Of a DNA stretch of 64,000 nucleotides, positions 52,923 through 62,088 are shown piece by piece. Positions within the stretch are counted from its first letter, which is position 1, and every line of letters starts with the position of its first letter. This DNA comes from Deinococcota bacterium (GTDB lineage: Bacteria; Deinococcota; Deinococci; Deinococcales; Thermaceae). The stretch covers positions 128,001 to 192,000 of the forward strand of contig JBGFRI010000014.1 of the NCBI GenBank assembly GCA_041695225.1. Reading direction: 5' to 3'. The notes below the pieces were generated by a model. It worked only from the letters and a program-made list of their open reading frames with translations. It was not told the DNA's origin and did not search any database. Both the position numbers and the translations under genes were made by a program.

Positions 52923-53621
52923 TCAGATAGCCTCGAGGGCCACCTCTACCATCTGGTTGAAGGTTTCTTGGCGTTCCTGCGGAGTCGTTTGTTGGTGCGT
53001 AACCAGGTGGTCGCTTATGGTCAGGACGCACAGGGCCTGCACGCCAAACTTGGCGGCCAGGGTATAGAGCCCGGCAGCCTCCATCTCCACCGCCAGCACC
53101 CCAAACTGGGCCCATCGTTTATAGCTGGCAGGATCATCTTGGTAAAAATTATCCGAAGAGAGAACATTGCCCACATGAACGGACAGGCCCCTGGCCTGAG
53201 CATGAGTGTGGGCGCGAGATAGCAGCTCAAAACTGGCGATGGGAGAGTAGGTCTGCCCAGCAAAGCGGATATTGTTGAGGGCCGAGTCGGTACACGCAGC
53301 CTGGGCAATCACCAGGTCGCGGAGCCTGATGTGTTCTTGCATGGAACCAGCAGTTCCTACCCGAACCAGGGTCTTGCAACCGTAGAACTGAACTAGCTCG
53401 TGAATGTAGATGCTGGCCGAAGGAATACCCATCCCGGTACCCTGGACGCTGACTCGTCTTCCCTTATAGCTTCCGGTATAGCCCAGCATGTTGCGCACCT
53501 GGTTATACAGCACAGGGTTTTGTAGAAAGTTCTCGGCGATATACTTGGCCCGCAGGGGGTCTCCGGGGAGCAGAACGGCGTCGGCAATTGCCCCAGGCGG
53601 GGCAGAGATATGCGGCGTCAT
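52923..53621 (-). CDS. deoD: Purine-nucleoside phosphorylase
   Basis: MTPHI, PGDPLRAKYIAE, GMGIPS, VEMEAAG, ERQETFNQM. Confidence 0.96.
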   Translation of the reverse strand: MTPHISAPPGAIADAVLLPGDPLRAKYIAENFLQNPVLYNQVRNMLGYTGSYKGRRVSVQGTGMGIPSASIYIHELVQFYGCKTLVRVGTAGSMQEHIRLRDLVIAQAACTDSALNNIRFAGQTYSPIASFELLSRAHTHAQARGLSVHVGNVLSSDNFYQDDPASYKRWAQFGVLAVEMEAAGLYTLAAKFGVQALCVLTISDHLVTHQQTTPQERQETFNQMVEVALEAI

Positions 53622-53674
53622 GCATGTACTCTATAGCGTAGAGGCGGGTTAATACAGTGCACGACCCCAGGCCT

Positions 53675-54772
53675 TTATTCGTCCGGCCAGTCGCCAAAAC
53701 CCTGCTTATCGGACCGGCGCAGCACGGCTAGTTCAAACTGGGTGGGGTTTTGGGCGTGCAGGCGTGCAGTATGGTAGTCTACCCGGCCCTGGTGGTACAG
53801 GGCTAGCAGGTTGGCGTCAAAACTCTGGTAGCCTTCCAGGCCCTGCTCGCGCAACACTTCGCGCAGCCGGTCAGTCTGGCTGGGCTGCTTGAGGGCCTCG
53901 CGGATGCGAGGGGTGAGGGTAATTACTTCAGTAACGGGAACACGCTCGCCATCGGTGGTGGGCACCAGGCGCTGGTGAATGATGCCCAGCAGGCTCTCGG
54001 CTAACAAGACCCGGTTGATATTGCGCTCGCTCAGGCTAAACAGTTCCAGCATTCGGTTGAGTACGCTGCTGCTGTCGCTGGAGACAAAGGTCGAGAGCAC
54101 CAGATGGCCGGTATAGACCGCATTCAGCACTGCCGAAGCAGTAGCCTGGTCGCGGATTTCGCCAATTACAATCACATCGGCGTTCTGGCGCATGGCGGCC
54201 AGCAAGGCTTTCTCGTAGGAGACCGCATCGGAGCCAATTTCACGCTGGATGACCGCAGAACGTTTGGGGCGGTGCAGGTATTCGATGGGGTCTTCGACCG
54301 TAACGATGATGCGGGTATGGTGGGTGTTGATCTCGTCTACCAGCTTGGCCAGGGTAGTGGATTTCCCTGAGCCAATGGGCCCGGTAACCAGCACCAGGCC
54401 CCGGTCCTGGTCGCGGAAAAACTCGAGGTACTCCGCCCCCACATTGACCTTGCTGAGGTCGGTATCCTCGCTGCTGAGGGTGTGAAGCACCGCACTGATG
54501 GAGCCGCGCTGATAGAAAAGGTTCACCCGCAGCCGGGTTAGACCGGGCAGGCTATAGGCCACATCTACCTGGCGGAAGGTGCGCAGGCGGGCCTGCTGTT
54601 GCGGAGTACAAAGCTTCTCGACCAGGCTGGCAGTGAATTCTGGGGTAATGGCGCTACGGCTGACCGTCCTGAGTTCGCCGCCAATACGGGCCAGTACAGG
54701 AATTCCAGCATGCAGATGGATATCCGAGGCGCCTTTGTGTACAAGCTGGGTGAGCATTTCTACCAAATGCAT
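53675..54772 (-). CDS. PilT/PilU-family ATPase paralog
   Basis: ASDIHL, GPIGSGKSTT, TVEDPIEY, IGEIRD; His box degenerate. Confidence 0.88.
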   Translation of the reverse strand: MHLVEMLTQLVHKGASDIHLHAGIPVLARIGGELRTVSRSAITPEFTASLVEKLCTPQQQARLRTFRQVDVAYSLPGLTRLRVNLFYQRGSISAVLHTLSSEDTDLSKVNVGAEYLEFFRDQDRGLVLVTGPIGSGKSTTLAKLVDEINTHHTRIIVTVEDPIEYLHRPKRSAVIQREIGSDAVSYEKALLAAMRQNADVIVIGEIRDQATASAVLNAVYTGHLVLSTFVSSDSSSVLNRMLELFSLSERNINRVLLAESLLGIIHQRLVPTTDGERVPVTEVITLTPRIREALKQPSQTDRLREVLREQGLEGYQSFDANLLALYHQGRVDYHTARLHAQNPTQFELAVLRRSDKQGFGDWPDE

Positions 54773-55002
54773 AAGCAATCAATGGGAAGCCTAACATCTT
54801 TTACATAACCCTGACACCATTTTCAAACCGCCAGGCGTTACGGATTCGTGCCACCACCTTAATAATCAGGGCAATCTGACTCTGGCCCCTGCTCCAGAAG
54901 AGCTCTGCGCCACGGTAAAGTTGAACAGCTTCCCTCCCGTAGGGCAGAAAGGCTGGCTACGCCATCGGAATGTGATCCTTACGCCGCCGAAGGCCAAATA
55001 TT

Positions 55003-55101
55003 TGGCTAATAGCTCATAGCTAGTAGCGGATAGCTAAATGCTGCTGATAGCTGATAGCAAAAGATTAATAGCTATCAGCCATCAGCTATCGGCTATCAGC
55101 T
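55003..55101. repeat. Inverted 7-mer runs (gctgata/tatcagc)
   Basis: gctaata-gctcata-..gctgata-gctgata facing gctatca-gccatca-gctatcg-gctatca. Confidence 0.85.
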
Positions 55102-55114
55102 TCTATTCAGCAGT

Positions 55115-55621
55115 TCAGTCGAACGAGAGGGCATGGGCTAGCTGGGCGACTGGGCGGCCGGTAATGCGCTGGACTGCCTCGGGGATGAGCGGCAGGATGA
55201 TCTCGAGGGAGTCTTTGCAGCCCTGGGGGCCACCTGGCAGGTTGACGACCAGGGTTTTGCCGCGTATGCCGGCCACCCCCCGTGAAAGAGCAGCCAGGGG
55301 GTTTTTCTTGTAGGCTTCCATCCGGATGAGTTCAGCAATGCCAGGAGCCTCCTTTTCCAGCATCTCGCGCGTGGCCTCGGGCACATGGTCGCGGCAGCTC
55401 AGGCGAATGCTGCCGCTGGTCAGGATCAGGTCCAGGCCGTCGCGGTCGGTCCACAGGCGCAACAAGCGCTTGATCTGGGCTGGCTCGTCGGGGATAATCT
55501 CATAGCCGGTAATCTCGTAGGGGCCAAGGGCCAGGGTTTCACGCAGCACCGCATAGGCGCGGTCTTCAATCTCGCGGCGGGCCTCGCGGTCGGAAACGGT
55601 AATGATGCCGACTCGAATCAT
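55115..55621 (-). CDS. MogA/MoaB-family protein (divergent)
   Basis: IITVSDR, IIPDE, PEAT, LSRGVAGIRG, NLPG. Confidence 0.85.
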   Translation of the reverse strand: MIRVGIITVSDREARREIEDRAYAVLRETLALGPYEITGYEIIPDEPAQIKRLLRLWTDRDGLDLILTSGSIRLSCRDHVPEATREMLEKEAPGIAELIRMEAYKKNPLAALSRGVAGIRGKTLVVNLPGGPQGCKDSLEIILPLIPEAVQRITGRPVAQLAHALSFD

Positions 55622-55664
55622 TTAACACACAGTCTAGACCACCAGGGTGATAGTTTTTGGTCAT

Positions 55665-56249
55665 ATGTGGCACCAGAGCGTTACGCTGGAGGGTCGCTTT
55701 ATTGTTCTTACGCCCCTGGCACTCGAGCATGCCCCCGCCATGCTGGAGCATTTCGAGGCCGAGATGGTGCAGTACCTGAGTAATGCACCCCGAGAACCCA
55801 CCCTGAAGAGCATGCAAGACTACATTCGCTCGCTGCTCTCGGCCCCGGACCGGGTAAACTGGGCCATCTTAGATAAGGCCAGCGGCAAAATGGCGGGACG
55901 CACCGGCTACGTGCGGGTCAATCCAGAGTACCGCTCACTGGAGACCAGCACCTGGATTTTCACCCCGTTTCAAAGGGGTTACGCCAACGCCGAAAGCAAA
56001 TACCTTTTGATCCGCCGCGCCTTTGAGCAGTTAGGGGCCATCCGGGTGCAGTTTCGCACCGATGCCCGCAACAGCCGGAGCCGTAAAGCCATTGAAAAAC
56101 TGGGGGCTAGTTTCGAGGGAATTTTACGCAAAGACCAGATCTACCCCAATGGCGCAATCCGCAACACCGCGGTCTACTCAATTATTGACGACGAGTGGCC
56201 CGCGGTGAAAAGTAGGCTTCAGGCCAGGCTTTACACAACGGGAGGGTAA
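55665..56249 (+). CDS. RimJ/RimL-type GNAT acetyltransferase
   Basis: NAESKYLL, RVQFRTDARNSRSRKAIEKLGASFEGILR. Confidence 0.9.
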   Translation: MWHQSVTLEGRFIVLTPLALEHAPAMLEHFEAEMVQYLSNAPREPTLKSMQDYIRSLLSAPDRVNWAILDKASGKMAGRTGYVRVNPEYRSLETSTWIFTPFQRGYANAESKYLLIRRAFEQLGAIRVQFRTDARNSRSRKAIEKLGASFEGILRKDQIYPNGAIRNTAVYSIIDDEWPAVKSRLQARLYTTGG

Positions 56250-56436
56250 GCGGCTCACATTCCTGGGGAGCCGCTGTCACACCGCTGGCTGGTCTTATCA
56301 GGAATTTTCGCTCTTAGTAAAGCTCTAGGCTGCCGCTTATCTCTGGGGTACGATGAAATACCTGCAAGCCTTAGCAGTCTGAGCAGTGCGGGTTTTTGGT
56401 GGTAATTCTGCTCGAGGCTTTAGATGTGGGAGCATT

Positions 56437-57594
56437 ATGCATCTAACCAGCATCCCCATTTACGACCACCACGCCTACTCTTTGTTTACCGAAGAACGTT
56501 GGCGCCAGGTGCCGCTAGCGCGCTACTTCAGCCCGAACCCCAGCCCCGAGAACCTCCCCTTTGCGCAGGACAACCTGTTTTTTCGCCGCAGTTTGCGAGA
56601 CCTGGCCGAGTTTTATGGCTGTGAACCCACCCTCGAGGCCCTGGGGGAGGCACGCCAGCGGCACAACTACCCCGACCTGGCCCGTTGGCTGTTCGCCGAA
56701 GCCAATATTTCCAATCTGCTCATCGAGGATGGTGTAGTGGGCAGCGACCTCTGGACCATCGGAGAGTGCGACGAGCGGCTGCCCCCGGTGGCCCGCCGGG
56801 TACTGCAACTCGAGGCCGAGCTGGCCAAATTTCTGGTGCGCCACGAGACTGCTACCCGGCTGTTGCAGGCTTTCGAGAGCCATCTGCGGGCCATGGTGCC
56901 AACCGTGGCGGCTTTCAAGAGCATCGTGGCCTACCGCAGCGGGCTGGATATCGTCCGCCACAACCTGGTCGAGCTCGAGCGGGCCTATAGCGAGTTGCGT
57001 CGCCACCTATCCCCCGGTCAGGTCCCCCGCATCACCAGCAAACCCTTGCTGGATTCCATGCTCTGGATGGCCCTTAGAGTAGCCGACGAGACCGGCAAGG
57101 TGGTGCAGTTTCACGCTGGTTATGGCAGTCCCGCGCTGGACCTTCGTCTGGCCAGCCCCCTGGGACTGCGCGGTGTGCTGGAGGACCCCGAGCTGCATGG
57201 CCTGAAAATCGTCCTGCTCCATTGCTATCCCTACGTGCGGGAAGCTGGATATCTGGCCAACAGCTATCCTGGGGTCTTTCTGGACCTGGGGCTAACCATC
57301 CCCGCTGCAAGTGTCCACGCCATGCGTACGGCCCTGCACGAAGCCACCCACCTGACACCCATCAGCAAAGTGCTCTTCTCCACCAGCGCCAGCCACAGCC
57401 CCGAGATGTTCTGGATCGCAGCCCGCTGGGGACGGCGCATCCTGGCCCAGGTGCTCGAGCAAGCGGTCTACAACGGAGACCTCACCAACGGCGAGACCAC
57501 CTGGGCAGCCGAGCGCATCCTCTACCGCAATGCAGCCGGGCTCTACGGCAGTTCTGCGGGCTCTCCCACCGAGCCGGTGGTCTCGCTGTTCTAA
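56437..57594 (+). CDS. Amidohydrolase-2 family protein (FluG N-terminal-like)
   Basis: IYDHHA, FKSIVAYRSGL, QFHAGYG, VLLHCYPY. Confidence 0.85.
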   Translation: MHLTSIPIYDHHAYSLFTEERWRQVPLARYFSPNPSPENLPFAQDNLFFRRSLRDLAEFYGCEPTLEALGEARQRHNYPDLARWLFAEANISNLLIEDGVVGSDLWTIGECDERLPPVARRVLQLEAELAKFLVRHETATRLLQAFESHLRAMVPTVAAFKSIVAYRSGLDIVRHNLVELERAYSELRRHLSPGQVPRITSKPLLDSMLWMALRVADETGKVVQFHAGYGSPALDLRLASPLGLRGVLEDPELHGLKIVLLHCYPYVREAGYLANSYPGVFLDLGLTIPAASVHAMRTALHEATHLTPISKVLFSTSASHSPEMFWIAARWGRRILAQVLEQAVYNGDLTNGETTWAAERILYRNAAGLYGSSAGSPTEPVVSLF

Positions 57595-57618
57595 CCCAGG
57601 GGTAGCCAACCCCTGAGT

Positions 57619-57895
57619 CTACCAAGAAACTCCCTTGGGTTTGGTCGTCACAGGTGCGCGGGGCTCATGGAAAACTCACTCCCCCCTCGTCATTGCGAGG
57701 AGGCCAAAGGCCGACGAAGCAATCCAGAAGGAGCGCGAACGCACTTTGGCCACCGGGGTGATCTGGATTGCTTCCCCTTCGGCTACGCCTCAGGGTCGCA
57801 ATGACGAAAAAATCCATTCCATTGCGAGGAGGCCTACTAAGAAACTCCCTTGGGTTTCGTCGCCACGGGTGCGTGCAGCTCATGGAAAACTCACT
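57619..57895. repeat. 62-bp direct repeats enclosing a REPIN-like doublet
   Basis: 57619-57680 resembles 57834-57895; doublet at 57688-57806. Confidence 0.88.
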
Positions 57896-58123
57896 TGTGA
57901 CGAGGAACACCCTGTCCAGCGGAATAGGTCAGTCCCGCCCAGACTGCTGAGTTCGCTGCCAGCTGGTTTCGTCCGTGGGATTCGAGTCCAGACTCACCCG
58001 CTTTCACAAGTCCCCACAATCCGGATGATCCGGCCACACCTGGGGAGTAAATAACGTTGAATATTTCTTAATGCGGTGATAAAGCCGGCCGGGTATGGCT
58101 CTCTCGCCGGCGCGCTAACGCTC

Positions 58124-58194
58124 GCCACCCCCCTACAAGGGGGCCTCCCGAGCCAAAAAAAGCCCCCCTTAACAAGGGGGGGTTGGGGGGATTT
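58124..58194 (+). repeat. Degenerate repeat A outside the array
   Basis: gccacccccctacaaggggg..ccccccttaacaagggggggttggggggattt. Confidence 0.75.
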
Positions 58195-58516
58195 AGCGGG
58201 TGGATACAGTGATGTGTGGAGAGTACGAAACCGGGGGAGAGCGTAACCTGAAACTCGTTATCTCCTCCAACTGAAGGAGCACAAACTCCCGGCTGTAACG
58301 GCAATAACACCCGGAGGAGAAGGGAAGCTGGATGGACTTGGTGTCAGACCCCCTTTCACCTCTCTGGCAGCAGTCCGGATGGGTTGCCATTGTAGCTAAC
58401 CCCCAGGACAGGGTGCTCTCAGACCAGCATGGCCAGCCAGAAGTGGTTGCAAATGGGCTTCCGGTGTATCATCCTGCTTGGAACGCAGGGTTTGTGCATC
58501 ACGTTACGAGGACGCT

Positions 58517-59479
58517 ATGGAGCTAAATGTGGGTGTCGTGGGCGTAGGAGTTATGGGAACCTATCACGCTCAGGTGTATGCAGGACTGCCGGGGGTTCAT
58601 CTGGTGGGCGTAGCCGACCCCGACCCCTTTCGCCAGGCCGCCGTAGAGCAGGATCTGGAAGTTCCTGCTTTTAGCCATCCCGAAGAGCTGCTGGGAAGAG
58701 TCCAGGCGGTTTCCATAGCCTCTCCTACCTCGCATCACTTTGAACAGGCCAGCATGTTTTTGGAGGCCGGGGTGCATGTGTTACTGGAAAAACCCATGAC
58801 CCGCACCCTGCAAGAAGCCCGTGAACTGGTTCGCCTGGCAGAAAAGCGCCGGGCGATACTTCAGGTCGGGCATATAGTGCGCTTCTATCGAGCGGTGGGC
58901 GACCTGATGAATATGGTTCACACCCCCTGGGTACTCGAGGCCCGTCGAATGGGAAACAACCGCCGTATACGGGACATTGGGGTGGTGCTGGACCTGATGA
59001 TTCACGACCTGGATCTGGTTTTGCTGCTGCTGCGGGAGAAACCCTCGCGCTATAGCGTGGTAGGCCGTCAGGTGGAGGGGCTGGACGAGTATGCCCAGGC
59101 CGTGGTGGACTTTCCCTCGGGGGCCAGGGCGCTCTTCACCGCCAGCCGGATCTCGCCCCAGACCGAGCGCTCGCTCACCATTACCCAGCCCGGAGAGGTC
59201 TTACGGCTGGACTTCAACAGCGAGTTCACCGAGCTTTCGCTACACCGCTCACCGCCAGTGCAGCCCGACCCCGACCGGGTCGAGCCAAACGGGCGCACCC
59301 AGGTGCAGACCGAGCGCATCGCCATCCACAACGATAATCCTTTGCGCCGCCAGCTTAAGCATTTTGTAGATCGAATCCAGAAGGGTGAGCCCTCGCTGGT
59401 TACGCTAGAGGACGACCTGCAGGCCCTCGAGCTGGCTTTGGAGCTCTCCCAGGCCCTGCGGCCAGTCATGACCCGGTAG
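58517..59479 (+). CDS. Gfo/Idh/MocA oxidoreductase (GnnA-like candidate)
   Basis: GVGVMG, HVLLEKPM, VGHIVRF, VVLDLMIHDLD. Confidence 0.9.
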   Translation: MELNVGVVGVGVMGTYHAQVYAGLPGVHLVGVADPDPFRQAAVEQDLEVPAFSHPEELLGRVQAVSIASPTSHHFEQASMFLEAGVHVLLEKPMTRTLQEARELVRLAEKRRAILQVGHIVRFYRAVGDLMNMVHTPWVLEARRMGNNRRIRDIGVVLDLMIHDLDLVLLLLREKPSRYSVVGRQVEGLDEYAQAVVDFPSGARALFTASRISPQTERSLTITQPGEVLRLDFNSEFTELSLHRSPPVQPDPDRVEPNGRTQVQTERIAIHNDNPLRRQLKHFVDRIQKGEPSLVTLEDDLQALELALELSQALRPVMTR

Positions 59480-59564
59480 CCCAGAGGCGCAAAGGAAGCC
59501 ATGAATCCAGGCTCTCGGACCAAAACCCCTCGCCCCCAGTCCCTGACCCATTAGACTTTAGACT

Positions 59565-60008
59565 GTGGATATTTACCAGATCCTCAAGATTCTGCCGCAC
59601 CGGTACCCTTTTTTGTTGATCGATCGGGTGCTGCAGGCCGACGCCCAGCGCTTTCGCGCCCTTAAAAACGTATCTGTGAACGAACCCCAGTTTCAGGGCC
59701 ACTTTCCCGGCCATCCCATCATGCCGGGGGTTTTGCTCATAGAGGCCATGGCCCAGGGCGCCGTGGCGGTGGTGACCCAGCAGCCCGAGTTCAGGCCGGG
59801 GGGGCTGGTGTTTTTGGTGGGGGTAGATGAGGCCCGCTTTAAGAAGCCGGTGATTCCAGGTGATACGCTAATTCTGGAGGGGGAGCTGCTCAACTACCGG
59901 CGGGGTCTGGGCAAGGTGAGGGTCGAGGCCAGGGTAGAGGGCGAGCTGCGGGCCGAGGCCACCCTGACCTTTGTCCTGCGCTCAGATACGGGGGGCGCTG
60001 TCTCGTGA
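59565..60008 (+). CDS. fabZ: 3-hydroxyacyl-ACP dehydratase
   Basis: LPHRYPFLLIDRV, FQGHFP..PIMPGVLLIEAMAQ. Confidence 0.96.
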   Translation: MDIYQILKILPHRYPFLLIDRVLQADAQRFRALKNVSVNEPQFQGHFPGHPIMPGVLLIEAMAQGAVAVVTQQPEFRPGGLVFLVGVDEARFKKPVIPGDTLILEGELLNYRRGLGKVRVEARVEGELRAEATLTFVLRSDTGGAVS

Positions 60009-60790
60009 GCCGGGTTGCCATACATCCCACGGCAGTAGTCTCGCCCAAAGCCCTTCTGGCTTCCGACGTTAGGATCGGCCCCTATGCCGTGATTGAAGGC
60101 CCATGCGAGATTGGGCCAGGGGTACAGATTGGGGCCCACGCGGTGATACATGCCTTTGTGCGGCTGGGCGCAGGGGTTAAGGTAGGGCCGCACGCCGTGC
60201 TGGGTGGTGAGCCCCAGGACCTGAGCTTCAAAGGGCAGGAGACCTGGCTCGAGGTCGGGGCCAACACCCTTTTGCGCGAAGGGGTTACCCTGCACCGGTC
60301 TACCAGGGAAGACCGCCCCACCCGGGTGGGCTTCGACTGCTATCTGATGGGCTACTCGCATGTAGGCCACGATGCCCAGGTGGGCAACGGGGTGATTCTG
60401 ACCCAGAGCGTGGCGGTGGCGGGGCATGTGGAGATTGGGGACTATGTGGTGGCGGGGGGAATGGCCGGCATGCACCAGTTCGTGCGGATTGGGGCCCGGG
60501 CCATGATCGGGGGCCTGGCCAAGGTGACCCGCGATGTGCTCCCCTTTACCCTGGCCGATGGCCAGCCCGCGCTGCATTACCGCCTCAATACCGTGGGTCT
60601 GCGGCGAGCAGGCATAACTGATCAGCGCTACAAAGCCCTCGAGCAGGCTTTTCGCGCCGTACGCGAGGGCAGGTTGCTGGAGGGCCTGCCCGAGACCGAA
60701 GAAATACATACCCTGAAGGCTTTCCTGGCTGGGCCATCTAAGCGCAGTTTATCGGGCTTTGTGCGGGGCGAGGCAAGCTTCGACGGATAG
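60005..60790 (+). CDS. lpxA: Acyl-ACP--UDP-GlcNAc acyltransferase
   Basis: IHPTAVV hexapeptides, PQDLSFKG, HVGHD, HQFVRIG, LNTVGLRR. Confidence 0.93.
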   Translation: MSRVAIHPTAVVSPKALLASDVRIGPYAVIEGPCEIGPGVQIGAHAVIHAFVRLGAGVKVGPHAVLGGEPQDLSFKGQETWLEVGANTLLREGVTLHRSTREDRPTRVGFDCYLMGYSHVGHDAQVGNGVILTQSVAVAGHVEIGDYVVAGGMAGMHQFVRIGARAMIGGLAKVTRDVLPFTLADGQPALHYRLNTVGLRRAGITDQRYKALEQAFRAVREGRLLEGLPETEEIHTLKAFLAGPSKRSLSGFVRGEASFDG

Positions 60791-60851
60791 CGGGATGTCC
60801 ACAGGCCCCCCGCCCTGAAACCAGCGGCTCTTTTCTTGTCTTACCATTACC

Positions 60852-62021
60852 ATGTTAGATGAAGTACTCCTCCTCACCAATGGCCCTGGCGAGCTTTCAA
60901 CCTGGGTGCCTCCGGTCTTGTCCCGGCTGCGCCGGAGAACTCCGTCGGCCCGCATAGAGCTATTTGTAATCCGTGACCAGTTTGCCGCCGGTACCGAGCA
61001 GACCAGGGCCAGGGAGCTCCGGCTCGAGGCCATCTCGGGCCGGGCCGGTCTGGCCCAGAGGATGCTGGCGGGCAGAGCCAGGGGCCGGGGGGTGGTGCTG
61101 ATGCTGGGCGGAGCACCCCGCGACGCAGTCTTGCTGGGCAGGGCTACCGGCTACCCGGCCTTCTCCTACACCTTTGAGCCAAAGGCCTACCACCCCGGCC
61201 TAAAGGCGGTACTGGTGGATTCGGAGCGTACCAGGGAGGGGTTGCTGGCCCGCAGGGCCGACCCGGCGCGAATTGTGGTGGTGGGAAATCTGGTGGTAGA
61301 TGCCTTGAACGATGCGGTTCTGGCCCCGTCCCCCGAGGCGGATGTGCTGCTCTTGGCCGGAAGCCGGCCTTTTGCGGCGCGGCACCTGCTGGGGTTCTTG
61401 CTGGCGGCGGCCGAGAAGATGGCAGCAGCCCGGCCCGATCTGCGCTTTGCCTGGGTTCGAAGCCGGTTGTTGCCCGACGCAGTGGTGGAAGAAGCCCTGG
61501 AGGGTGAGCTGGTTCGCGATATTGGCGGGGTGCGGGCCTGTTGGGAGGGGAAAAAGCTGCGCACGGCCGGTGGCCTCGAGGTAGCTGTGCTGGACGAGTC
61601 TCAGCGCTATTCGGCCATGCGCCAGGCCCGGCTGGCCATTACCATCCCGGGTACCAATACCCTCGAGCTAGCACTGGCAGGGCTGCCTTCGCTGGTGCTG
61701 CTACCCTTGCATAAGCCGGAATTGCTGCCCCTGGAGGGTATCTGGCACTGGTTGCTGCTGCTGCCAGGTGCCAGGGCCCTCAAGCAAAACTTTATACGCC
61801 GCCTGGAGGCGCGCATTCCTCATCTGGCCCTGCCCAACCAGTGGCTGGGGGAGCGGGTTTTCCCCGAGTTGCGGGGGGTCTTCAGTCCCGCCGAGGTTGC
61901 TGCAGCGGGCCTGAGTTTGCTCACCCCCGAGCAGACCCAGCAGGTCAAAAACAGACTCGAGGGACTGAAAGCCCAGCCAGGAGCCGATATGCTGTTGGAA
62001 TATGTGCTGGCCAACTGCTGA
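60852..62021 (+). CDS. Lipid-A-disaccharide synthase-like glycosyltransferase (LpxB-like)
   Basis: VVGN, LLAGSR, PGTNTLELA, ALPN..VFPEL; follows lpxA. Confidence 0.75.
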   Translation: MLDEVLLLTNGPGELSTWVPPVLSRLRRRTPSARIELFVIRDQFAAGTEQTRARELRLEAISGRAGLAQRMLAGRARGRGVVLMLGGAPRDAVLLGRATGYPAFSYTFEPKAYHPGLKAVLVDSERTREGLLARRADPARIVVVGNLVVDALNDAVLAPSPEADVLLLAGSRPFAARHLLGFLLAAAEKMAAARPDLRFAWVRSRLLPDAVVEEALEGELVRDIGGVRACWEGKKLRTAGGLEVAVLDESQRYSAMRQARLAITIPGTNTLELALAGLPSLVLLPLHKPELLPLEGIWHWLLLLPGARALKQNFIRRLEARIPHLALPNQWLGERVFPELRGVFSPAEVAAAGLSLLTPEQTQQVKNRLEGLKAQPGADMLLEYVLANC

Positions 62022-62088
62022 GGCCTGGTTTTCGGTCATAAACAGCCCGTCCGCCCAACGGCCCGTACCCTTACCCTGACCCCTGGCT

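Noticed and set aside
57955..58000. Hammerhead ribozyme on the minus strand (tgagtct..ggacgaaac)
   Set aside because: The core reads CGGGUGA instead of CUGANGA and the cleavage-site U is missing; three core mismatches.
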